Of a stretch of DNA of 61,902 bases, positions 38,591 to 49,431 are shown piece by piece. The notes below the pieces were generated by a model. That model ran no database searches. It was given only the letters and a program-made list of their open reading frames with translations, and was not told the DNA's origin. Position 1 is the stretch's first letter, and each line of letters begins with the position of its first letter. The position numbers and the translations under genes are program-made. Origin of the DNA: Chthoniobacteraceae bacterium (GTDB lineage: Bacteria; Verrucomicrobiota; Verrucomicrobiia; Chthoniobacterales; Chthoniobacteraceae); contig JANNWY010000161.1 of NCBI GenBank assembly GCA_031409335.1, forward strand, positions 1 through 61,902, given 5' to 3'.

Positions 38591-41500
38591 ATGAAGAAAT
38601 TCATTTCTCTCCTCCTCGGCATCTGCCTCCTCACCACGCCACCGGCTCCGGCTGCGACGACACCTCCCACCGAGCCGACCATCATGGCTGTGCGCGGCAG
38701 GATCGTGCGCATCCGCGTCCCGGCAGGCTTCGATCGCGTGACGCTTCAACAATACGTCGTGCCAAAAAACCCGGCGCGCACACGGGCGGCGGATCGCTGG
38801 CGCACGATTTCCACGAAGTATCCGCGCGGCGCGGAGACGGTCATCACGCTGCGCATCCCGACGCTGCTGCCGAAGCGTTACCTGCGCGTTTTTGGAAACA
38901 AAGCGGAACTGCTCGACGGCAGCCTACTCACCGGCATCACGCGTTTTCTCCCCGATCCGATCGAAGCCGACGCCTCGCTGACGAGGGGAAGCGCGGACGT
39001 GAGCAGCCTCGCTCCATCCGGGATGAGCGATCTTTCGGCGAGCGGCGACGTGGCCACGCGGACGGTCGCGGAGTCGGACATTTGGAAAGTGGATGGCAAC
39101 CGTTTGTATTTCTTCAACGAGCTGCGCGGGCTGCAAGTCTTCGACCTCGCGAATCCCGCCGCGCCAGCCCTGCTCGGCACGCTGCGGTTGCCGGGCTCGG
39201 GGGAAGAGATGTATCTGCTTGGAAACTCGCACGCGGTGCTGCTGAAACGCGCCGCGGGGATTTCCTACTGGTCGGGCACTTTTACCGTGGATTCGGTGAT
39301 TTCACTCCCGGCGATTTCGATCATTGGCGCACCGTCACTCAGCCTGTTGTCGAGCGATGCCGCGGTTTCAAATGTCGCCGCGAGCCGGGTCGCGGTGACG
39401 CCGAAAGCGAACGGCGGCGAGACCGGCGAAATCATCGTCGCCTATGTGCGCGCGGGCGCCCCATCGCTCGTCGCGCGCGTGCCGTACGAAGGCACGCTCG
39501 CCGAGAGCCGCATGGTCGGTTCGGTGCTTTATCTCGCGACGAATGTGAATCGCGCGGCGACCGAAGCGACTGCTGCGGAATACGGATTGCAGCTCACTTC
39601 ATACGACCTCGCCGATCCGTCCGCTCCAGTGCAGCGCGATCGTGTTTTTCTCGGCGGCTGGGCAAACGCCGTCACCGCAACCGACCGCTATTTTCTGGTG
39701 GCAAAGTACGCGCAAACGGGCGGTTCGTGGTCGCACAACACGATCGACCTCATCGACATTTCCGCGGCCGATGGCGCGATGAAACGCGTCGGCCAGGCGG
39801 ACGTGAAGGGAAATATTTCGAGCAAGTTTCAGATGAACATTGACGGCGGCGTGCTCACCGCGGTCGCGCAAAACTGGGGGCCGATCGACGCCGGCGACCC
39901 GGACGATTTGGCGTTCCGCTGGACGAGTTTCACCGACGTGCAGACCTTCTCCATCGCGAATCCGGACGCACCCGCCGCGCTCGGGAGTCTGCGGCTCGCG
40001 CCGGGCGAAACCGTGCGCGCCACGCGGTTCGACGCCGGTCGCGTGTACGTCGTCACGTTTCGCCAGATCGATCCGCTCTTCGTCGTCGATCTCAAAGATC
40101 CGGCAAATCCCAGCGTCTCCGGCCACGTCGAAGCGCCCGGATTTTCCACCTACATCGAGCCGCTCGGCGATCGTCTCGTCACCATCGGGTTGCTCAATTG
40201 GCGACCCGCGGTGTCGCTCTTCGATGTCGCCGATCCCGCGGCCCCAAAGCTCCTGAGCCAGGTGCCGCTCGGCGCGGAAAACTCGTGGACGCACAGTGAG
40301 GCGGTGTGGAATGAAAAGGCGTTCAAAGTCATCGCGGCGGAGAATCTGATCCTCGTCCCCGTGTCCGGCAGCGACGGCCAAAACGGCTGGTTTTCGCGCG
40401 TGCAACTGCTCGATCTTTTGCCGGATAAAATCGTGAAACGCGGCGTGATCGACCGCCAGTTTTCACCGCGGCGCGCGACGCTCGTGAACAATTGCATCGT
40501 CGCCATTTCCCCGAGCCGGCTGGTGACCGTGGACGCCGCGAATCGCGACCGCCCCGTGCTGAAAGCCGATCTCGAAATCGCCTGGCGAGTCGATCGGGTT
40601 TTTAATGTGGGACGTTACCTCGTGCAGGTCGGTGGTTCCGCCGAATGGAATGAGCAGCGCCCGCCGAAGCTCAGCGTTTCGCCATCGGACGACACGGATG
40701 AAACGCTGACCGCGATCGACCTCACCAAACTGCCCGTGCTCGGCGCGACGGTGAAAGACGGCGTGCTCTACATCGCGCAGGGAAACACGGGCTACTACTG
40801 GAACGAAGCCCGGGACGCGCAGCCCTTCAGCGTTTCCGCCTACGATCTTTCCAGCCTGCCCGCGCTGCCCCTGCTCGGCACCGCGACGACTTTGACGAAA
40901 CTCGAATACGGCGACCTCGCTCCGCTGTGGCCGAGCCCCGGAATCCTTGTCTGGGCGGGCTCTGGCGGCGGATCGAACTGGAACGGCAACGTGTGGGCCA
41001 CCGATGCGCTCGCGCCGGCGGGCCGCTGGTTTCCCCGGTGGTATTACACGGATGCGAAACGGCTCATCGCGTTCGATTTCACGCGCCCGCAGACTCCGAA
41101 ATTCCAGTCCGACATCCGGGTGGGCGCCGATCAACCGTGGAATTTGAGCGAGCCTTTCGAGACGAATGGCGTGACCTATTTCAGCTACAAACACCTCGGG
41201 AAACTCCATGCGGCAAATGATGCCGATGCGGTCATTTCCGAAAATGCCGACGACGCAGCATCGACGCGCGCAAACCGCCATTTTCTCCTGCGCGTCGATT
41301 ACTCCGATCCTGCCGCGCCAGTCATCGACGACACGGAGATCAATCTGCCCGGCGAGCTCACCGGCCTCGCCCGCACGGGCAAGCTGCTTTTCACCATCGG
41401 GCAAAATTACGACATCGCCGCCGGCACGCCGAAGAAAGGCGAGATCGCGCTGCAAGTCAGCGCATTTGACGGCGCGGCTGCGCATCTACTCGACACGCTG

Positions 41501-41983
41501 GCGCTCGTGTCGCGGCATCAGCCGGTGTCGATCCAGGGCGAGACGATATTCACGCTCGATGGGCAGCCGGAGAGAATCTGGAATTGGGGACCGATTCCGG
41601 TGGATGACATGATGGTGCCCGCTGTGATCGGGTTCGGCAGAATCTGGGGCGGCGGCACGTGGACCGAAAATCCGAAGAAAAGCCTGCTGTCCGCGTGGCG
41701 GCTCGATGACGCGGGAAAATTCCACAAGCTCAGCGAAATCGAAGCCGCGCACGACACATCGCTCTTCGTCTTCGGAAATCTCGTGGTGACGCAGGCCGAC
41801 CGCGCGCTGCATCTTTTCGATGCGTCCGATGCGATGAAGCTGGAAAACTTCGGTGTGTTCGAGTTCAGCGGCTGGGTGTGGCCGGACTTGAATCTCGCCG
41901 CCGGCGGACTCGACAGCGGCCTCTGGACCCCGCTCGGCGTGTATGGCGTCGAAACCGTTGCCGCACCTCCCGCCGCCCGATAG
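38591..41983 (+). CDS. Secreted beta-propeller domain protein
   Basis: Signal peptide MKKFISLLLGICLL, AESDIWKVDGNRLY, GETVRATRF..GRVYVVTFRQIDPLFVVDL.DP.NP...G....PGFSTYI. The ORF-track extension to 36464 is antisense to other genes. Confidence 0.88.
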   Translation: MKKFISLLLGICLLTTPPAPAATTPPTEPTIMAVRGRIVRIRVPAGFDRVTLQQYVVPKNPARTRAADRWRTISTKYPRGAETVITLRIPTLLPKRYLRVFGNKAELLDGSLLTGITRFLPDPIEADASLTRGSADVSSLAPSGMSDLSASGDVATRTVAESDIWKVDGNRLYFFNELRGLQVFDLANPAAPALLGTLRLPGSGEEMYLLGNSHAVLLKRAAGISYWSGTFTVDSVISLPAISIIGAPSLSLLSSDAAVSNVAASRVAVTPKANGGETGEIIVAYVRAGAPSLVARVPYEGTLAESRMVGSVLYLATNVNRAATEATAAEYGLQLTSYDLADPSAPVQRDRVFLGGWANAVTATDRYFLVAKYAQTGGSWSHNTIDLIDISAADGAMKRVGQADVKGNISSKFQMNIDGGVLTAVAQNWGPIDAGDPDDLAFRWTSFTDVQTFSIANPDAPAALGSLRLAPGETVRATRFDAGRVYVVTFRQIDPLFVVDLKDPANPSVSGHVEAPGFSTYIEPLGDRLVTIGLLNWRPAVSLFDVADPAAPKLLSQVPLGAENSWTHSEAVWNEKAFKVIAAENLILVPVSGSDGQNGWFSRVQLLDLLPDKIVKRGVIDRQFSPRRATLVNNCIVAISPSRLVTVDAANRDRPVLKADLEIAWRVDRVFNVGRYLVQVGGSAEWNEQRPPKLSVSPSDDTDETLTAIDLTKLPVLGATVKDGVLYIAQGNTGYYWNEARDAQPFSVSAYDLSSLPALPLLGTATTLTKLEYGDLAPLWPSPGILVWAGSGGGSNWNGNVWATDALAPAGRWFPRWYYTDAKRLIAFDFTRPQTPKFQSDIRVGADQPWNLSEPFETNGVTYFSYKHLGKLHAANDADAVISENADDAASTRANRHFLLRVDYSDPAAPVIDDTEINLPGELTGLARTGKLLFTIGQNYDIAAGTPKKGEIALQVSAFDGAAAHLLDTLALVSRHQPVSIQGETIFTLDGQPERIWNWGPIPVDDMMVPAVIGFGRIWGGGTWTENPKKSLLSAWRLDDAGKFHKLSEIEAAHDTSLFVFGNLVVTQADRALHLFDASDAMKLENFGVFEFSGWVWPDLNLAAGGLDSGLWTPLGVYGVETVAAPPAAR

Positions 41984-41992
41984 TCTCGTGGC

Positions 41993-42685
41993 GTGCTTGT
42001 AAAGGACGCCGCAGAATTTCTATGCATCGGACATCGCGGTGCGGCGGCGCATGAGCCGGAGAATACGCTGCGCTCGATCCGGCGCGCGCTGGAACTCGGC
42101 GCGCATGGTGTCGAGGTCGATGTGCGTTTCATCGACGGCGAACTGATCGTCTTTCACGACGACCGTCTCGAACGCACGACCAACGGAAAGGGGAAGATTT
42201 CCGGCCAGCGATTCGAGTATTTGCGGACGCTCGACGCGGGAAATGGCGAGTGCATTCCGACGCTGCGCGAAGTTTTCGAGGCGGTGGATCGGCGCGCGTT
42301 TGTCAACGTGGAGCTGAAAGGCCGCCATACCGCCGAGCCTGCGCAGGACTTGATTCGCGAGTTTCTCGACGAGCGCGGCTGGAACCCGGAGCACTTCCTT
42401 GTCTCGTCATTCCTACGACGTGAGTTGCGCGCGATCACCGATCCGCGAATCCGCATCGGCCTCCTCCTCGTGAGACCCACTCCGCTCTATCACGTCCGCG
42501 CCCGCCGGGCTCGCGCGTGGTCGGTGCATCCCGCCGTAAAATATACGACGGCGAAATTCGTCGCCGACGCGCATCGCCGCGGGCTGAAGGTGATCCCCTA
42601 CACCGCCAACACGCCCGCCGAACTCGCCCGCATTCGCGCGACCGGAGCGGATGGTGTTTTCACGGACTTTCCCGAGCGCGTTTGA
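41993..42685 (+). CDS. Glycerophosphodiester phosphodiesterase
   Basis: IGHRGA...PENT, GVEVDV, VFHDDRLERTTNG, IPTLREV, NVELK, GADGVFTDFP. Confidence 0.95.
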   Translation: MLVKDAAEFLCIGHRGAAAHEPENTLRSIRRALELGAHGVEVDVRFIDGELIVFHDDRLERTTNGKGKISGQRFEYLRTLDAGNGECIPTLREVFEAVDRRAFVNVELKGRHTAEPAQDLIREFLDERGWNPEHFLVSSFLRRELRAITDPRIRIGLLLVRPTPLYHVRARRARAWSVHPAVKYTTAKFVADAHRRGLKVIPYTANTPAELARIRATGADGVFTDFPERV

Positions 42686-42712
42686 AGGTGGGCTCACTCA
42701 CGCCACAGTCCC

Positions 42713-44104
42713 TTACCGCGCGCCCCATCCAAACAACACGACCGGTATCGTCTTGAGCAGGATTTTCAGATCCAGCCAGAGCGACCAGTTGTCGATGTAT
42801 TGCAGGTCGAGCCTGACCCAGTCCTCAAAGTCCGTGACCTCGTTTCGCCCGCTCACCTGCCACAGACAGGTGAGTCCAGGCTTCATCGACAGCCGCCGGC
42901 GCTGCGCGGTGCTCGCGAATTGCTCCACTTCATAGATCGGCAGCGGGCGCGGGCCGACCAGGCTCATGTCGCCTTTGAGCACGTTCAGGAGTTGCGGGAA
43001 TTCATCGAGGCTGGTCTTGCGCAGGAACCTGCCGATCGGTGTCACGCGCGGGTCGTTTTCCACTTTGAAGACGGGGCCTTTCATCACGTTAAAACGCATC
43101 AATTCATCCCGCGCCATCTCCGCGTCGCTGCGCATCGAGCGGAATTTATACATCGTGAATGGCTTCCCGTTTTTCCCGCTCCGCGATTGCCGGAAGACGA
43201 CGGGACCCGGCGAGGTGAGGCGGATGCCGAGCGCCACGAGGAGGAGCACGGGCGACGCGATCACGAGCACGATCAACGCGCCGATGCGATCCATGAATTC
43301 CTTCACCAGCAGCGACCACGAAACATCGGGCGTGGTGCGGAAGACGAGCATCGGCCGTTTTCCAAACACGTCGAAGTCCGGCCGCGCGATCGAGGTGCGA
43401 ATGAAATCCGCCACGAGCCACGCCTCGACGCCTTCCGTTTCACAGACGCCGATCGCTTCCTGGAGCCGGATGATCTGGCTGTGGCCTCCGGCGAAAATCA
43501 CGCGACTCACGGAATGTTTGTGCATCGCCGCGATGAGGTCGGAGAGCGGCTGCGTGTCGAGGTTGAATTCCGCCATCACCTGGATGTCCATGCACTGCTC
43601 CGGCGTGAACGAATGCCGCAGCGCCGTCATATCCTCGACCGTGCCCACGAGGATCACCGGCTCGCGGAGATCCTCCTTTTTCAAGCGACGCCGATACCGG
43701 AGCACCGAGATGCGCTCGCGAGTCAGCAGCGCCGTCACCGCGATCAGGGCGAAGAGCGGCATGACGGCGCGGCTCGGCACGTCGAGCTTTAGAAAATACG
43801 AAGTCGCCGCGATCACGAGCCCGAGCCAGAACGCCGTGCGGCCGAGCTGCCCGAAGGAGCGCGGCAGCGACTTGTGGAGCAGATGCGAATAGAAGCCCTG
43901 CAGATCCAGAATGATCGGGCCGAACGGGATGATGATGAAGATGAGCCACTGAAACTCCGAGAATGGCGCGATCTGTTTGTCGAAGGGAAACCACGCATTT
44001 CCGACGAACCGCAGGGCGTGCGCACCCCAGAACGCGACGACCATCAGCAGACCATCGACGATCTGCTGCATTTGGCGGTTGAGTTCTTCTTTGCGGTCGA
44101 GCAT
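42713..44104 (-). CDS. Polyprenyl glycosylphosphotransferase (WcaJ/WbaP-like sugar transferase)
   Basis: N-terminal TM helices, then C-terminal SPGPVVFRQ.R.G..GKPF.MYKFRSM...DPRVT.IGRFLRKTSLDEFPQL.NVLKGDMSLVGPRP...KPGLTCLWQVSGRN. Confidence 0.95.
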   Translation of the reverse strand: MLDRKEELNRQMQQIVDGLLMVVAFWGAHALRFVGNAWFPFDKQIAPFSEFQWLIFIIIPFGPIILDLQGFYSHLLHKSLPRSFGQLGRTAFWLGLVIAATSYFLKLDVPSRAVMPLFALIAVTALLTRERISVLRYRRRLKKEDLREPVILVGTVEDMTALRHSFTPEQCMDIQVMAEFNLDTQPLSDLIAAMHKHSVSRVIFAGGHSQIIRLQEAIGVCETEGVEAWLVADFIRTSIARPDFDVFGKRPMLVFRTTPDVSWSLLVKEFMDRIGALIVLVIASPVLLLVALGIRLTSPGPVVFRQSRSGKNGKPFTMYKFRSMRSDAEMARDELMRFNVMKGPVFKVENDPRVTPIGRFLRKTSLDEFPQLLNVLKGDMSLVGPRPLPIYEVEQFASTAQRRRLSMKPGLTCLWQVSGRNEVTDFEDWVRLDLQYIDNWSLWLDLKILLKTIPVVLFGWGAR

Positions 44105-44123
44105 TGGTTTGCGCGTGAACGAT

Positions 44124-44858
44124 ATGGAACCGGCGCGCGGTGTGATTCGCGCGAGACGCGCCATCAGAGCCAGCAAAAACCGGCGCGACTTACCGAAAAC
44201 TTTTCAAATCGTCGGGACCATACCGAGTCTCGTCGCGTTGTCTCGCGCGCGCAGACTGGAGCCCGGCGCGGTCGATTTGCTGGAATTGCGCGTCGATCAC
44301 TTCGCCGCGGACCCGTCCCCGCTCGCCCGCGCCCTCGCGTACCTCCCCGCCCCGCTCATCGTCACCGTCCGCCATCCGAGCGAGGGCGGTGCCGCCGATC
44401 TCCCGCCCGCCCGCCGCCGCGCGCTGTATTCGCAATTTCTCCCCGCGGCAAAATTCATCGACATCGAGCTGCGCACCGCGCGCCAGCTCGCATCCACCAT
44501 CGCCGAAGCCCGCGCCCGCGGCGTGCGCCTCATCTTGTCCGCGCACTTTTTCAAAACCACACCGAGCCTCGCGAAACTCGAATCCCTCCGCGACCGCGCC
44601 TTCACCGCCGGGGCCGACATCTTCAAAGTCGCCACGCTCACCCGCACGCTGGCGGACGTGCTCACGCTCGCCACGCTGCTCGCCCGCAGCTCCGGCCACG
44701 CGGTCAGCGTCATGGGCATGGGTCCGTGTGGAAAACTCTCGCGTCCCCTGCTCGCGTGCGCCGGCTCCGTGCTGAACTACGGCTACCTCGACACCGTCCA
44801 AGTCCCCGGCCAATGGCCCGCGCCGCTGCTAAAAGAGCGCCTCGCCGAATATCTCTAA
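44124..44858 (+). CDS. aroD: Type I 3-dehydroquinate dehydratase
   Basis: DLLELRVD, LIVTVRHPSEGG, FIDIEL, LILSAHFF..TP, ADIFKVA, MGMG..GKLSR, Q.PGQ. Start codon uncertain. Confidence 0.88.
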   Translation: MEPARGVIRARRAIRASKNRRDLPKTFQIVGTIPSLVALSRARRLEPGAVDLLELRVDHFAADPSPLARALAYLPAPLIVTVRHPSEGGAADLPPARRRALYSQFLPAAKFIDIELRTARQLASTIAEARARGVRLILSAHFFKTTPSLAKLESLRDRAFTAGADIFKVATLTRTLADVLTLATLLARSSGHAVSVMGMGPCGKLSRPLLACAGSVLNYGYLDTVQVPGQWPAPLLKERLAEYL

Positions 44859-45244
44859 GCCACCTTTGCCGCCGTAGCCGCTGGCTGCTGTTGCAGCACC
44901 CGCATCACCGCGGAGTAAATTTCGCTCGGCCCGAGCCCCTTGCTCACGTAGCCATTCGCGCCCGCCTTGCGCGCCTTTTGCATCGCCTCTTCGTCGTAGC
45001 CGAGACCCGTGAACATCACGATCGGCAACTCCGCGTATTTCCCGCGGATTTGCGCTACCAGCGTCAGCCCGTCCACTTTTGGCATCCCAATATCCAGGAT
45101 GATCGCGTCGCACGGATTCAGGTCCAGCCACGACTCGACCTTTGAGCTGTCGGTCAGCGAGGACGCCTGATGGCCCTTGCCGCGCAGGTAGGTCGTGAGG
45201 AAACGATTGAGCAGGCGATTGTCGTCAACAACGAGGAAAGTCAT
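44855..45244 (-). CDS. Single-domain response regulator
   Basis: LVVDDN, IILDIGMPKVDG, PIVMFTG, GANGYVSK. Confidence 0.92.
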   Translation of the reverse strand: MTFLVVDDNRLLNRFLTTYLRGKGHQASSLTDSSKVESWLDLNPCDAIILDIGMPKVDGLTLVAQIRGKYAELPIVMFTGLGYDEEAMQKARKAGANGYVSKGLGPSEIYSAVMRVLQQQPAATAAKVA

Positions 45245-45455
45245 AGAAAGAGATTCAAGCTGCGCTCCAAAATAGCACGGGCGGTGCCATCGTCGCGACC
45301 GATTCCGGCCATTTGAACGTCCGCGCGCTGACGGTCACTTTCCCGGCAAAAATAGCCATACGGAAAAGCCTAAAGCTCATGGCGCGCTCCGGAAAATCCC
45401 CGCTTTTCTGGCGAATAAACATGCTTTTTTTTGAAAAAAATTTCGCGCCCGGCTG

Positions 45456-45878
45456 TCAAGCGTCCGCAACGACTGCCGCAGTCCGCGGATACACCCAATG
45501 GTGATAGAGCACGAATTTCACCCCCGCGACCGCGACCTGGCACGCCGCGACGATGCCATACGCCAGCGCATTCGTGCCGCCCCATTTTTTAATGCCGCTC
45601 AGGGCGAGCGAATACGTGAGCAAATAACAAAACGCCACCGCCGTGAGGTAACGCGTCTGGCATTCCTTAAAGCCGCGCTGCGTGCGGAAATTCACGAAGT
45701 AATTCCAAATCGAAAAAATCACCGTGACGCACAGCAGACTGATCCCGAGCGCCACGGCATCCGGCAGCCCGGCGCGCGTGCGCATCCAGTGAAACGGCCC
45801 CAAATTCAACGCCACGCTCATGCCGCCGCCGACGCCGAACCAAATGAGACGCGAGAAAAGTGACTGATGTTTTTCCAT
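45456..45878 (-). CDS. GtrA-like membrane protein
   Basis: Four TM helices, N-terminal RLIWFGVGGG, WNYFVNFR, C-terminal KFVLYHHWVY. Confidence 0.7.
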   Translation of the reverse strand: MEKHQSLFSRLIWFGVGGGMSVALNLGPFHWMRTRAGLPDAVALGISLLCVTVIFSIWNYFVNFRTQRGFKECQTRYLTAVAFCYLLTYSLALSGIKKWGGTNALAYGIVAACQVAVAGVKFVLYHHWVYPRTAAVVADA

Positions 45879-45912
45879 GAAGAACGCGGCGGTGAATGCG
45901 ACCGGCCCGCGT

Positions 45913-48900
45913 TCAGCGTTTCATCAGCGTCTCGTCGAGATTGAGCAACACATTTGCCACCGTCGTCCACGCCGCGAGTTCCGCGACATCCATGCCCGCG
46001 GGCGCGGGACCGATCGGTGTCGTCGCCATCTCCGCAGCCTTCACGGAGTCCTGTTTGTAAAACGTGTGAGCCTCTTCAAAGAGCGCGGTCAGCCGCTGCA
46101 ATTCGCCATCGCCCGGCGGGCGCGCGAGGCACAGGCGGAAGCCGTGTTTCGCATGATCCGCGGGCGTCGCGCCGGATTTCGCCATGCGCCGCGCCAGCGC
46201 CTGCGCAGTCTCGATGTAAACAGGATCGTTCATCGTCACGAGCGCCTGGAGCGGCGTGTTCGAGCGGTTGCGGCGGACGGTGCAGACCTCGCGATTTGGC
46301 GCGTCGAATGTTGTCATCGACGGATACGGACTCGTCCGCCGCCACTCCGTGTAAAGCGCACGCCGATGCTGGTCCTCGCCCGCGCTCGTCTGCCAGTCGA
46401 GCCCGCCGCCAAACGCCGCCGAAAGCCCGAGTGACGGACGCACCGGACGCACCGACGCGCCAAACATTTTCCGCGACATCAATCCGCTCACCGCGAGCGC
46501 CTGATCGCGCACCATCTCCGCGCTCAGGCGCACGCGCGGCCCACTCGCCAGCAGCCGGTTTTCGGGATCGCGCTCGGCGAGTTCCGGCGTGACACGCGAC
46601 GACTGGCGATAGGTCGCGGACATCACGATCATTTTCAGAAAACGTTTCGCGTCCCATTTTCCGCGCACGAGTTCCGCCGCGAGCCAGTCGAGCAATTCCG
46701 GGTGCGATGGCAGCTCGCCCTGCGCGCCGAATTCCTCGCTCGTCCGCACCAGCCCCACGCCGAAGATCGTCTCCCAGAAACGATTTGCGATCACGCGCGG
46801 CGTCAGCGGATTGCGCGCATCGACCAGCCATTTTGCGAGCGTGAGCCGGTTCATCGGCGCGCCTTCCGGCAGCGGATTAAACGCCGCGGGCACGCCCTCG
46901 CTCACCTCCTCACCGTGCGAAAGATAGTTCCCGCGAATGTGAACGTGCGTCTTCCGCCGCTGCGCCGTCGCGATGTCGCGCATGATCGGGACGGTCGCCG
47001 GCGTCATGTCATCCATTTGTTTTCGCAGAGCGAAAATCTTTGCGCGATCCGCCGCCAGCTCCTGCGCAATTTCCTGCGCGTAAAATTCCGCGACGCGCGG
47101 CGACACAGGATCACTCGCAAGCGCGGCAACCACTTCCGGCGGCGTCGCCAGTGAATCCGCGACGCGCGCGTCGTCCGTCGTCTGAATTCGGAAACGGCCC
47201 AGCGTCAATTTTTCAAATGCCGACTGCTGCTCGATCGTCACGAGCAGGCGCGATCCGGGCGCGGTTTCCAGCGTCTTTTCCGTGAGCAGCGCGAGCGTGT
47301 GCGGCTGCGTGGTTGAGCCTCCGATCGCCCAGCCCTTTTGCGGACCTTTTTTCTGCCCGCGCTTCACCGGCGTGGTGTCGGAAAGGACGAGCGCCTCGTC
47401 GAAATCCGCCTGCGTAAAATCCGCGATGGCATCGGCAAATTGGATCTCACGCCCGCCATTCAATTCGATCGGCGCGCTCACTTTCGGTGCAACGTTTTCC
47501 CCGCGCGACCACACCGGCTGCCGCCGCGCATCGAGCGCCACGAGACGAAATCCCTGCAAACGCTCGGGAAGTTCAAAGCGGTTCCAAATCACCACGCGGT
47601 CGATCTCGCGCTCGCTTTTCAAATCCACTTCCCACCACGGATCGTCGCCGTCCGCTGTGTGCGCCACGGATCCCTTTTCGTATTCGCCCGCCGTGTTTCC
47701 GTCGATCGCGCGCTGCGCCGCCGCGCCCGCGTAAGTGCTGTTCTGCGTCGCCTCGCCGCGCGCCGCGATATTTTCCCCGCCGCTAAAAACCTGCACCTCG
47801 GCGATATGCAGCAGCTTCGCTTTTCCCGGCAGCTCGATGCGGATGAAACGCGCGCGCGGCGATCCCTGCGTCGCCGACGGCAGCAGCTCGGCCCGCACCC
47901 GCGTCACCACGAAATTCCCGCCGCCATTGCCCGAACCTTTTCCCGGCAGCGCGTCGTCCGGCAGCGCTTCGATGCGGAGCCCGGTGAATTTTGACCCGAC
48001 TGGGATTTCGACCGTGTAAGTATCCTTCACCGCCTGATTCGGAACGCGAATCGAGCCGTCGTCCGCCACGTTCAGCGCCGCGCCGGATTGCGACTTGAGC
48101 GTCGCGGGCTTCACCGTTTTCCACTCGATCGTTTTCGGAAACGCGCGCGCCCAATCCGCCGCCTGCGCGATCAGTTTTGGCGATGGCTTTTTGAATTTGT
48201 CATCCAGCGCGGAAATCTCCGCCTCCCACCGCGCCCGCTGCGTTTTCTGCTCGTCGCTGAAAAACTTCAACAGCGGCGATTCATCGCGGCGATCGGCGTC
48301 GTCGGTGTTGTTGAAAAACGCATACATCCGAAAATATTCCGCCTGCGTGATCGGATCATATTTGTGCGTATGGCACTGCGCGCAGGCGAACGACGTTCCC
48401 ATCCACACCGACATCGTGGTGTTCACGCGATCCACGATTGCCGCGCTGCGAAACTCCTCGTCGTTCGTCCCGCCCTCGCTGTTCGTCATCGTGTTCCGAT
48501 GAAACGCGGTCGCGATGATTTGATCTTCCGTCGCATTCGACAGCAGATCGCCCGCGATTTGTTCGACCGTGAATTGATCGAACGGCGTGTTCGCATTCAG
48601 CGCGCGGATCACGTAATCGCGAAACGCCCAAATCGTCCGCGAAGGATCATCCGCGTAACCCGCCGAATCCGCGTACCGCGCGAGATCGAGCCACATCCGC
48701 GCCCAATGCTCGCCATACGCAGGCGACGCGAGCAGCCGATCCACGAGCCGCTCGTAAGCACCGGGCTGCGCGTCTTTCACGAAAGCATCCACGTCCGCAA
48801 TCGTCGGCGGCAAACCCGTGAGATCGAGCGTCACGCGGCGGATGAGCGAAAAGCGATCCGCCTCCGGCTGCGGCGCGAGACCTTCGCGTTTCAATCGCTC

Positions 48901-49353
48901 GACAATGAATGAGTCCACGGAATTCGAAGGATCGGGCTTGCGGATTTCAAGCGGGGCGTAGGCCCAGTGCTTCGTGTATTTCCCGCCTGCCTTGATCCAG
49001 CGCCGGAGCAGCTCGACTTCCTGCGGCGTCAGCTTCTTCCCGCTCTTCGGCGGCGGCATCAATTCGTCGCGATCATCCGTGAGCACGCGCGTCAGCAATT
49101 CACTCTCCTCCGGCTTCCCCGGCACCAGAGCCATCAAGCCGCCGAGATCCGCGCGCGCGCCTTCCTCCGAATCCAGCCGAAGCCCGCCCGAACCTTCCTT
49201 CCCGCCCTTCCGCTCATCCTGATCCGGCCCGTGGCACTTGAAGCAATGGTTCGACAGGATCGGTCGAATCTCGTGCGCAAAGTCGGGCGCGTTTGCCGCG
49301 TAGAGAAGAGTAGGGGCAAACGCGAGAAAGGCGGTGGTTAGTGGGATGCGCAT
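45913..49353 (-). CDS. PSD1/planctomycete cytochrome c protein (DUF1549 + DUF1553) with an inserted F5/8-type/fucolectin-like domain
   Basis: DFAHEIRPILSNHCFKCHGPD, YGEHWARMWLDLARYADS, CAQCH, ATQNSTY...RAIDGN...HT...PWWEVDL, HPELLDWLA, NTPLQAL. Confidence 0.93.
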   Translation of the reverse strand: MRIPLTTAFLAFAPTLLYAANAPDFAHEIRPILSNHCFKCHGPDQDERKGGKEGSGGLRLDSEEGARADLGGLMALVPGKPEESELLTRVLTDDRDELMPPPKSGKKLTPQEVELLRRWIKAGGKYTKHWAYAPLEIRKPDPSNSVDSFIVERLKREGLAPQPEADRFSLIRRVTLDLTGLPPTIADVDAFVKDAQPGAYERLVDRLLASPAYGEHWARMWLDLARYADSAGYADDPSRTIWAFRDYVIRALNANTPFDQFTVEQIAGDLLSNATEDQIIATAFHRNTMTNSEGGTNDEEFRSAAIVDRVNTTMSVWMGTSFACAQCHTHKYDPITQAEYFRMYAFFNNTDDADRRDESPLLKFFSDEQKTQRARWEAEISALDDKFKKPSPKLIAQAADWARAFPKTIEWKTVKPATLKSQSGAALNVADDGSIRVPNQAVKDTYTVEIPVGSKFTGLRIEALPDDALPGKGSGNGGGNFVVTRVRAELLPSATQGSPRARFIRIELPGKAKLLHIAEVQVFSGGENIAARGEATQNSTYAGAAAQRAIDGNTAGEYEKGSVAHTADGDDPWWEVDLKSEREIDRVVIWNRFELPERLQGFRLVALDARRQPVWSRGENVAPKVSAPIELNGGREIQFADAIADFTQADFDEALVLSDTTPVKRGQKKGPQKGWAIGGSTTQPHTLALLTEKTLETAPGSRLLVTIEQQSAFEKLTLGRFRIQTTDDARVADSLATPPEVVAALASDPVSPRVAEFYAQEIAQELAADRAKIFALRKQMDDMTPATVPIMRDIATAQRRKTHVHIRGNYLSHGEEVSEGVPAAFNPLPEGAPMNRLTLAKWLVDARNPLTPRVIANRFWETIFGVGLVRTSEEFGAQGELPSHPELLDWLAAELVRGKWDAKRFLKMIVMSATYRQSSRVTPELAERDPENRLLASGPRVRLSAEMVRDQALAVSGLMSRKMFGASVRPVRPSLGLSAAFGGGLDWQTSAGEDQHRRALYTEWRRTSPYPSMTTFDAPNREVCTVRRNRSNTPLQALVTMNDPVYIETAQALARRMAKSGATPADHAKHGFRLCLARPPGDGELQRLTALFEEAHTFYKQDSVKAAEMATTPIGPAPAGMDVAELAAWTTVANVLLNLDETLMKR

Positions 49354-49431
49354 TGGCTCAGAGGAAAAGTGTGTGCTTTTGAAAACCCAAAGCCGGCAGC
49401 GTTTCTTTGGCTCGGCGGCCTGCGATGCGAA

